64,000 nucleotides of DNA, from positions 10,825 to 74,824 of the forward strand of contig CAYVOF010000002.1 of NCBI GenBank assembly GCA_964453405.1, read 5' to 3'. This document shows positions 57,440 through 64,000 of the stretch, piece by piece; position 1 is the stretch's first letter, and every line of letters begins with the position of its first letter. The notes below the pieces were generated by a model, which did not search any database, was not told the origin of the DNA, and saw nothing but the letters and a program-made list of their open reading frames with translations. The DNA comes from an uncultured Candidatus Saccharibacteria bacterium. GTDB taxonomy: Bacteria; Patescibacteriota; Doudnabacteria; UBA920. Position numbers and translations under genes: made by a program.

Positions 57440-57631
57440 ATGCCAAGAATGTGCACCATTTGCGGCAAGACTTACTCCAAAACTGTTAAGCGTTCCCACA
57501 GTATGCGTGGCTCAATCGTTCGATTGAAGTCCAATCTACAATGGACTCGCAACGAAGACAATAACCGAGTTAAGGCTTGTACCCGCTGTATCAAAGCAAA
57601 GACTAAAAAACTAACTAAAGTCGCTGCTTAA
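57440..57631 (+). CDS. rpmB: 50S ribosomal protein L28
   Basis: MxRxCxICGK...SHS...PNLQ pattern; 63 aa; terminator at 57632-57668. Confidence 0.8.
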   Translation: MPRMCTICGKTYSKTVKRSHSMRGSIVRLKSNLQWTRNEDNNRVKACTRCIKAKTKKLTKVAA

Positions 57632-57670
57632 AAAAACCGCTCTATAACAGAGGCGGTTTTTTGTTTTACT

Positions 57671-58138
57671 TTATTTATTGAGTTGTTGAATTTCCTTGGT
57701 CAATTTAGTAGCGATATACACCCAGATTATATATGGCACCAAAAGTAGCGCAGCAAAGTGAGAAGTTATAAACATGATGATAGCCGCAACAATTGTAGTG
57801 GCGTTTAAATACTGCATCCACTTGATGGATTTTTTAAAATTATGTTCCACAAAAAAAGCTTTGTTCCAGTAGGCGTTAAGATAAGCATTAACTAACATTA
57901 TCGCACCCACAACATACTGCCAAACCCCAAAGGCTGGGACATTCCAAAACCACAACATTGCAAAGCCTGTTAATAGATATAATATAGTCCAAATCTGCCC
58001 AATCATCTGACCCGTTGGTGTCCACTTTGGTTTGTGCAAATGTGAATACCAACCGTGCAGACCGCGCTTTGTAAAGCGGCTGCCTTTGTAAGCAGTAAAA
58101 GCAATGATCGCAGGAATAATAAGAAAATTAAATTTCAT
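57671..58138 (-). CDS. TspO/MBR (tryptophan-rich sensory protein) family membrane protein
   Basis: WY..L.KPKWTP...W..LY pattern and 5 TM helices. Confidence 0.6.
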   Translation of the reverse strand: MKFNFLIIPAIIAFTAYKGSRFTKRGLHGWYSHLHKPKWTPTGQMIGQIWTILYLLTGFAMLWFWNVPAFGVWQYVVGAIMLVNAYLNAYWNKAFFVEHNFKKSIKWMQYLNATTIVAAIIMFITSHFAALLLVPYIIWVYIATKLTKEIQQLNK

Positions 58139-58763
58139 ATGTTTTGTTTAATTCTGGGTCAATAAATTTTAAACCTAATTTTTCGCACCACATTTTAGAG
58201 AATCGGTAGAACGCTCCCCCACCATCGGTGATGAAACCATCGTGAATTGGAAAATTAATTTGTGCTTTAATGCCTGCTAAGTAATCTAAAGTTTCGCTGA
58301 CCTTGCTCCACGGCGCGGCGATCGGAATTAAAAGAACTTCCACAGTTTTTGGCGGGGTAAATAACATATCACCTGGATGAAAAATTTTATCGTTTATTAA
58401 ATAGCCGGTGTTTTGAAACTTTGGTAAATCTGGGTGCATAATGGCGTGTTCGTTGCCATAGGCTTCGAGGGTAAAGGTGCCGATTGTGGTTGTAGCGCCC
58501 GCCTCGACAACTTCGCAAGCAATATTATTCTTGTCTAATTCAGCCTTAACTTCGGTGTTAGTAATAATGCGTGGATTATTCTTTAACAATGGTTGCAATT
58601 TTTCCATATCAACATGGTCTTGATGAACGTGGGTAATGATAATTGCGTCCACTGTCAAATCAGGAATATTACTATAGACCCCTGGATCAAATAAAATTTT
58701 TGTTTGGCCATCGTAGAGCAATATGCACGAATGGCCATATTTAGTTATTTGCATGATTGACAA
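58128..58763 (-). CDS. MBL-fold metallo-hydrolase
   Basis: THVHQDHVD (HxHxDH) motif. Confidence 0.7.
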   Translation of the reverse strand: MSIMQITKYGHSCILLYDGQTKILFDPGVYSNIPDLTVDAIIITHVHQDHVDMEKLQPLLKNNPRIITNTEVKAELDKNNIACEVVEAGATTTIGTFTLEAYGNEHAIMHPDLPKFQNTGYLINDKIFHPGDMLFTPPKTVEVLLIPIAAPWSKVSETLDYLAGIKAQINFPIHDGFITDGGGAFYRFSKMWCEKLGLKFIDPELNKTYEI

Positions 58764-58810
58764 TTTTTAAAAAATATCGTAAGATTTTATATTACTTGAA
58801 GGAGGAAAAT

Positions 58811-59044
58811 ATGAGCAAAGTTCTTAGAGCTGGGAAATGTTACTGTGACTGTCATCGCCCTGGATCACGCACAATGCATATGGTCGCCTGCTGTCATACA
58901 TGTGAGTTCTGCGGCGAAGATGAAATTACTACGATACATTCGCATAAAATTGTCTGTGAGCGTAACCCAAAAAACGGTGGCACACCAATAACCGTCGAGG
59001 AAAAATATCGAAACATAGCCCTGAGAAAAAAATACTTAGGCTAA
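58811..59044 (+). CDS. Small cysteine-rich protein (77 aa; possible metal-binding)
   Basis: SD AAGGAGG 6 nt upstream of the ATG at 58811; nine Cys residues (CYCDCH, CCHTCEFC); terminator at 59043-59070. Confidence 0.5.
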   Translation: MSKVLRAGKCYCDCHRPGSRTMHMVACCHTCEFCGEDEITTIHSHKIVCERNPKNGGTPITVEEKYRNIALRKKYLG

Positions 59045-59078
59045 ACCGCTAATACAGCGGTTTTTTATTTATCCAGAT

Positions 59079-60911
59079 CTACCAACTTCCTCCACCTCCG
59101 CCGCCTCCACCTCCGCCAACGCCGCCCCCACCAAAACCACTTCCTCCGCTAGCTGCGGTGTTCATAGAAGTCACAGCAGATTGCATAGAGCTAGAAAAGT
59201 CGCCGATTGAGCTGGATAGTAAAGCCACATTAAACGCAGCGCCAGTAGAATCATTATACCAAGTTGGCTGTTGATTATAAATTCCTTCAAATTGCTTTGC
59301 CCATTCTTTTTCTACCCCTAACGCTACGGCGTAAGGCAACAAAGCCTCAAACTGTTCTGGTTTTTTGTCCGGTGCATTGGCAAACGCCAAGCGATCTTTT
59401 TCCGCAACTCCAAGATATAATTTTAAACCTAAAATGTATTCGCGCATCTCGGCTCCTTTTTGAGTACGAGCTGGCATTATCAAACCAAAGATAGCAATTA
59501 TCACACCAGAAGCAATAGCGCTAACAACACCTAAAACATCAAACCATTGATACAAAAAAACGGAAAGACCAAACCCTACCAACATAGCTGCCGCAGCATT
59601 TAAATTTCTAATTGTAAAAGGATTATACTTATAATAACCCTCGCGTTTTAAAGCCTTGAATACATCATTAGGCATCTCACGCAAAATATCACCAAAGCCA
59701 AGATTAGTTTTCAAATGTGATAAGTTAACCTCAATTAAATTTTTTCCTGTACTGTCAAATTTTAATTCAGATTTGGATGGTGCAAATATATTCTTAGTCA
59801 ACAAATCACTTAATTCTTCAAAAACAAACAAACCTGTTAGTAATTGTTTGGTTTGCACTGGCAACTTATCATCTGGCTCTTTAAGTTTAATCAATTTATA
59901 ATCCGAACCTTTAAAAAATAATAATTTTTTGGTTTCTATTTTTTCGATTTTAATATAACCCTGAACGGCCAAGTAAATTAATTCCGCCGAAAAATCACGG
60001 TTATCTAATTTACCATCAACCAACGTTCCTATGTATAAAGGAGTCAAACCGGTTGGTGGTTCAAATTGTGCCACAATTGTGCCGCGACCTTTGCCGTCTT
60101 TGCCAAACTTTCGCCACACAAAAAACATAATAATAAAAACGACGACAGGCAAAGCTACAATGCCGTTATCCTTAATAAAGTCTAAAACTTTTTGTTGAGT
60201 GGTTGGTTTGGTGATTGTGCCTGCAGGCATACCAATCACGATGGTAAACCCTTCATTTTGCTTTAGAACATTATCATAATTAAATTGAGGCTGAGCGGCG
60301 ATAGAAGCTGTCTTAAGACAATTTGTGCTATTACTTCCTTTTGAACCGACGTAACATTCCACTTGTATTGCTGCTGCTGGTAAATTAACTAACACAGAAC
60401 TCTTCAAAATTGGCACTGTCCAATCAGTGCCGATTGCGTTCCAGTATAACTCATCGTGATCGGGGAAAAAATTAATGGCTCGAGAAACTGAGTAATTAAT
60501 GTCGTAAGTGTGCTTGCCGATAATAGTCTGATTAGGGTCGCCAATCTTTATGGAAAACTTTCCGTCATTTCTTGTTTTGGTAAATCCAGCCGGAGTACCA
60601 CTGCTAGCGGTTACAGAAATGTCTGAAATTCGTAAGTTAAATTTCCCATAAGAATTATCATATTGATAAGGGATATCTCGAAAAATTCCGTGATGATCTC
60701 TGTCTGCAAAATCATATTCGATATGCTCCTTAATATAAATTTGACCATTTGCTTGCACGTCGATAACCACTTGGTAATTATCAATGTGTTCTACTTTAGA
60801 AAAGTCTTGCTTAAAGGGTTGCTGAGCCAAAACCGTAGTGGTGGTCGATCCAAAAAATCCTAAACCAGCTAAGACAATTAAACTAAAAATTAAAGATTTA
60901 AATGCTTTCAT
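59079..60911 (-). CDS. DUF2207-like membrane protein with C-terminal poly-glycine tail
   Basis: Signal peptide, an extracellular domain, TM helices and a terminal GGGGVGGGGGGGGGGSW tail. Confidence 0.55.
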   Translation of the reverse strand: MKAFKSLIFSLIVLAGLGFFGSTTTTVLAQQPFKQDFSKVEHIDNYQVVIDVQANGQIYIKEHIEYDFADRDHHGIFRDIPYQYDNSYGKFNLRISDISVTASSGTPAGFTKTRNDGKFSIKIGDPNQTIIGKHTYDINYSVSRAINFFPDHDELYWNAIGTDWTVPILKSSVLVNLPAAAIQVECYVGSKGSNSTNCLKTASIAAQPQFNYDNVLKQNEGFTIVIGMPAGTITKPTTQQKVLDFIKDNGIVALPVVVFIIMFFVWRKFGKDGKGRGTIVAQFEPPTGLTPLYIGTLVDGKLDNRDFSAELIYLAVQGYIKIEKIETKKLLFFKGSDYKLIKLKEPDDKLPVQTKQLLTGLFVFEELSDLLTKNIFAPSKSELKFDSTGKNLIEVNLSHLKTNLGFGDILREMPNDVFKALKREGYYKYNPFTIRNLNAAAAMLVGFGLSVFLYQWFDVLGVVSAIASGVIIAIFGLIMPARTQKGAEMREYILGLKLYLGVAEKDRLAFANAPDKKPEQFEALLPYAVALGVEKEWAKQFEGIYNQQPTWYNDSTGAAFNVALLSSSIGDFSSSMQSAVTSMNTAASGGSGFGGGGVGGGGGGGGGGSW

Positions 60912-60921
60912 AAATTAAAAT

Positions 60922-61425
60922 TTACAAACGACCTGCGAATTGACCAACAGCAATTCCCACCACGATTGCTATACCACCCATAACCAAAGTGAAAATGCCG
61001 TCGCGCCATGCCCGAATATGGAATAGTTTGGCATTAAACACGCCCAATAAGAACAGTGAAACCAAAGTTAATCCAATTGACGCAATAACTGCTGCTCTGG
61101 ACGCAGAATAAAAAAATGGTGCTAAAGGAATAAGTCCTGCCAACAAGTATGAAGCAAACATTACAATCGCAGCTGTAAGTGATTTAGTTACGGAGACTTC
61201 GCGTTGGGCTTCGTACTCTTGAACAGATTGTTCCGATAATAAACTACCAACTGCCATCGAAAATGCTTCGACTGAGATCAATACCATCCCAGTAATAATA
61301 ATTTCTTTTTGATCAAGTCCAGCAATAGCAACACCAGCGAGCAAGCCGACTGTCGAAACCAAACTATCCTCTACTCCAAAAGTAAAGTTACGAACAAACA
61401 CTCCGTATTTTTTATTTGTATTCAT
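60922..61425 (-). CDS. VIT1/CCC1-family (putative Fe/Mn transporter) membrane protein
   Basis: FGVEDSLVSTVGLLAGVA motif and 5 TM helices. Confidence 0.5.
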   Translation of the reverse strand: MNTNKKYGVFVRNFTFGVEDSLVSTVGLLAGVAIAGLDQKEIIITGMVLISVEAFSMAVGSLLSEQSVQEYEAQREVSVTKSLTAAIVMFASYLLAGLIPLAPFFYSASRAAVIASIGLTLVSLFLLGVFNAKLFHIRAWRDGIFTLVMGGIAIVVGIAVGQFAGRL

Positions 61426-61853
61426 TAGTTTCCTGTACTCCCAAACCGACCATCGCCTCGCTCGGTATCATCAAGCGAATCAACAAAAACTGGTTGGGGT
61501 AAAATAATTTTTTCTATAATAAATTGCGCGATGCGGTCGCCGGGTTTTACTTCAAAATCGGCACTACCGTGATTGGCTAAAACAATTAGAAGTTCTCCCC
61601 TGTAATCAGGATCTATAACGCCGGCTAAAGTATCAATGCCGAACTTTGCTGCCAAGCCAGAACGTGGCGCAACGCGACCATAGTATCCTTCTGGAATTGC
61701 GACAGCAATGCCTGTACTGGCTATAGAAAAACCTTGCGCTGGAATAGTCAGGGCGCTAGATGCATACAAATCCAAACCAACGGATTTACTGCTACCCCGC
61801 GTCGGCAAAACAGCCTGATCATTTAGTTTTTTAAAGGGTAGCTGTTCGTCCAT
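61425..61853 (-). CDS. dut: dUTP diphosphatase
   Basis: GVIDPDYRGE and RFGSTG motifs. Confidence 0.9.
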   Translation of the reverse strand: MDEQLPFKKLNDQAVLPTRGSSKSVGLDLYASSALTIPAQGFSIASTGIAVAIPEGYYGRVAPRSGLAAKFGIDTLAGVIDPDYRGELLIVLANHGSADFEVKPGDRIAQFIIEKIILPQPVFVDSLDDTERGDGRFGSTGN

Positions 61854-61930
61854 ATCTAGTCTAATTATAGCACTAAACTAAAACCGCCTGGCTTTTAGGC
61901 CAAACGGTAAATTATTAGAACTTTATTTAA

Positions 61931-62395
61931 TTATCGCTTTTTAAACTTTGGGACAAACATTGGAACCCTCCGTTTATATGCACGATAGTCTTCTACAAAT
62001 TTATCTTCAAGGATTCTTTCCTCCAGATTAGCCCAAAAAGATAAAACTATCATTAACCAAACCACGATAGATAACATTTGATATGAAGGGTTCCAAATAA
62101 AAAGAGATAAACCTAAAATAATGTCTGCCAGATACATTGGATGCCTAACTGCAGCATATCTACCTTCAGTTATTAGTTGATCAATATTCTGAGGGTGACT
62201 AAACACTCTAGGATGAACTTTAATAATACTAATATAGACATACGCCCAATTAAGCAAGGCTAAAATGAAAACTATCACAGCAAATTGATTTTGATCAAAA
62301 AAATAACCAACCGGCACGATCTGCCATAATATGAAGCCACCAACCAACACAGTCAACCACATCACCAATGGATGAAATAATTTATTTTTATTCAT
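61931..62395 (-). CDS. Isoprenylcysteine carboxyl methyltransferase/PEMT-family membrane methyltransferase
   Basis: RHPMY...EE..L...F...Y..Y...VP C-terminal signature and 4 TM helices. Confidence 0.6.
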   Translation of the reverse strand: MNKNKLFHPLVMWLTVLVGGFILWQIVPVGYFFDQNQFAVIVFILALLNWAYVYISIIKVHPRVFSHPQNIDQLITEGRYAAVRHPMYLADIILGLSLFIWNPSYQMLSIVVWLMIVLSFWANLEERILEDKFVEDYRAYKRRVPMFVPKFKKR

Positions 62396-62455
62396 GAAAG
62401 AATTTAATTATTTATATTTTACACTAAATATCACTATTTGAGAATGGAACTTAAT

Positions 62456-63472
62456 TTAAACCACAAAATAATTGTCTTCTACGGGCTTACCATCGGCATC
62501 TTCCACGCGGCGCATAATGTCTTCGAGGTCTTCGTCGGAGAAAAATTCGATGGTGATTTTTCCACCCCGACCTTGGCGCGAAACTTTAACCTGAGTACCA
62601 AACTTGCCCCGCAGTTTTGTTTCGATCGCCATAAGTTTTGGGTCTGGTACAGCAGAATCCACCACTTTGCGCTTGGCAAACTCACGTACCCGAGCCTCTA
62701 CTTGGCGCACGCTCATGCCTTGGTCTAAAATTTGTTTATACATCAACAACTGTTTTTCGATATCAGGAAGAGTAAGAATGGCGCGACCATGACCTTCAAA
62801 AATTTTACCTTCAATAATACCACGCTGAATCTCAGCAGGTAGTTGCAGCAAGCGCATGGTATTGGCAACACCCGAACGCGACTTACCCACCTTAACAGCA
62901 ACTTCAGCTTGGTTAAGCCCGAACTTTTGCATTAAGCGTTGGTAGGCCTGTGCTTCTTCGATTGAGTTTAACTCTTGGCGCTGAATGTTTTCGATCAAAG
63001 CAACTTCGAGCTTGGTTTGATCTTGCAAAGTTTTTTTAACAATTGCTGGAACTCTAGTTAAGCCAGCCAACTGCGACGCTCGAAAACGGCGCTCTCCTAC
63101 TACTAATTCATAACCGGCTTCTGTCTCGGTAACTACCACAGGCTGAATCACGCCATGCTCTTTAATCGAATCCGCTAATTCTTGCAAAGCTTCTGGTTTA
63201 AAAACTTTGCGAGGCTGATACGGATTAGCAACAATTTTGGAAACTTCAATTTCTTGAATAGTACTATCGGTATACGAAACTTTTTCGGAAGGTTCTAAAT
63301 TTATAGTTTCGTTACTTGCTTCGTCAAGATTAATTACATCTGGTGCCAGTGGTTCAGCAATGCTAGGAGTGGGATTATCAGAAACAAAATTATCGCTTGG
63401 AGCTATTGCGCTACCGAGCGATTCATCTTGATTTAAATTATTTGTAATGTTAGTTGGATAGATTGAATCCAT
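62456..63472 (-). CDS. parB: Chromosome partitioning protein ParB/Spo0J
   Basis: ParB box VVGERRFRA and HTH. The start was trimmed to MDSIYP at 63472 because the longer track ORF overlaps the tRNA. Confidence 0.85.
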   Translation of the reverse strand: MDSIYPTNITNNLNQDESLGSAIAPSDNFVSDNPTPSIAEPLAPDVINLDEASNETINLEPSEKVSYTDSTIQEIEVSKIVANPYQPRKVFKPEALQELADSIKEHGVIQPVVVTETEAGYELVVGERRFRASQLAGLTRVPAIVKKTLQDQTKLEVALIENIQRQELNSIEEAQAYQRLMQKFGLNQAEVAVKVGKSRSGVANTMRLLQLPAEIQRGIIEGKIFEGHGRAILTLPDIEKQLLMYKQILDQGMSVRQVEARVREFAKRKVVDSAVPDPKLMAIETKLRGKFGTQVKVSRQGRGGKITIEFFSDEDLEDIMRRVEDADGKPVEDNYFVV

Positions 63473-63480
63473 AAGTTCTG

Positions 63481-63566
63481 TGGTGCCGGTGGTGGGAGTC
63501 GAACCCACACGCCCTTGCGGACAGTGGATTTTGAGTCCACCGCGTATGCCATTCCGCCACACCGGC
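63481..63566 (-). tRNA. tRNA-Leu (anticodon CAA), type II with long variable arm, CCA encoded
   Basis: Manual cloverleaf: acceptor GCCGGTG/CACCGGC, 3-bp D-stem, anticodon loop CTCAAAA, variable arm of 15 nt, T-loop TTCGACT, and a CCA 3' end. Confidence 0.85.
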
Positions 63567-63622
63567 ATATAAATAATAACTTCCTAATTCTATCAAAAAC
63601 TCTCTGCTTCCGCAAAGAGTAT

Positions 63623-64000
63623 CTAGATAAGCTGACTAACAATTATCCCTATAATTAAGCCGGAAATAAGCGAAAAGATTACGTCTTTAGGGTAGTGATA
63701 TCCAAGCACCACCCTTCCCAAACCAGTTAATGCAGCGATCACAAAAAATAATATCGCGAAAATTGGTTGTGAAATTAGCATGGCACCGCTTGCCGCTGCG
63801 ATTGATATTACATGACTGGAAGGAAATGAATTAGTCGATTTTGTTTCAAAAGACAAAAACATAGAAGTCAGCGGCTGAAAATCAAATGCCTGATATGGTC
63901 GCGACGTTGGAAAGAAAAAAGATAAAATTGGTTTTAAAATTAATCGCGCAATTATAAACGCAACAGCGATGCGGGTAATTAATTTGGCATCAGCTGCATA
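63623..64000 (-). CDS. PAP2-family phosphatase (partial; continues beyond the window end)
   Basis: PSSH...RVVLGYHYPKDV PAP2 motifs. The frame stays open upstream of the track M (63862) through position 64000 with a K...RP motif. Confidence 0.6.
   Translation of the reverse strand, partial: YAADAKLITRIAVAFIIARLILKPILSFFFPTSRPYQAFDFQPLTSMFLSFETKSTNSFPSSHVISIAAASGAMLISQPIFAILFFVIAALTGLGRVVLGYHYPKDVIFSLISGLIIGIIVSQLI

Noticed and set aside
59079-59140. Low-complexity GGN/CCN-rich DNA considered as a possible repeat array or CRISPR
   Set aside because: It is the coding sequence for the C-terminal poly-glycine tail of the DUF2207-like protein. No spacer-repeat architecture was found there or anywhere else in the window.
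62456-63568. Long 370-aa version of the ParB ORF
   Set aside because: Its N-terminal 32 codons overlap the tRNA-Leu gene at 63481-63566. The conserved ParB sequence begins at the internal ATG (63472).

Overview
The window is an AT-rich bacterial chromosome segment of about 38-42% GC. It is almost entirely coding and is dominated by two long minus-strand gene arrays. The first (approx. 3.5-21.4 kb) is a central-carbon super-operon: dnaX, a membrane-anchored hypothetical, htrA, ruvX, a galT-like HIT gene, tpiA, rpiB, rpe, a split transketolase, a PfkB kinase, fba, gap, pgk, an AT-rich hypothetical, eno and gpmI. The second (33.3-53.9 kb) is the str-S10-spc ribosomal super-locus: rpsL, rpsG, fusA, tuf, rpsJ, then rplC through rplO, then secY. 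L30 (rpmD) is absent from its usual slot between rpsE and rplO, and the spc operon stops after secY with no adk, map or infA. Together with the strong AGGAGG ribosome-binding sites, the many small membrane proteins and the r-proteins carrying Lys/Ala-rich extensions, this suggests a reduced-genome lineage, possibly CPR/Patescibacteria-like. That assignment is inference only. Beyond the core genes the segment holds one tRNA-Leu(CAA), parB, dut, an M50 protease, TspO, DUF2207 and a partial PAP2 gene, among others. The most interesting part is a roughly 10-kb minus-strand accessory island (22.2-32.3 kb) sitting where the spc operon should continue. It encodes a membrane-anchored ATPase of the FtsK/HerA superfamily (VirB4/VirD4-like) with an atypical 400-aa N-terminal domain, and a 1440-aa glycine-zipper protein with four ~62-aa C-terminal repeats that is translationally coupled to a 106-aa acidic protein. 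Small membrane, secreted and acidic proteins surround them. Other notable items are a family of GC-rich palindromic intergenic elements (one sits exactly in the missing-L30 slot), several insertions inside the normally invariant rpsL-rpsG-fusA-tuf-rpsJ locus, a roughly 50% GC cargo gene flanked by 18-bp inverted repeats, and a membrane protein carrying eight tandem 16-aa repeats. No CRISPR array or rRNA gene was found.
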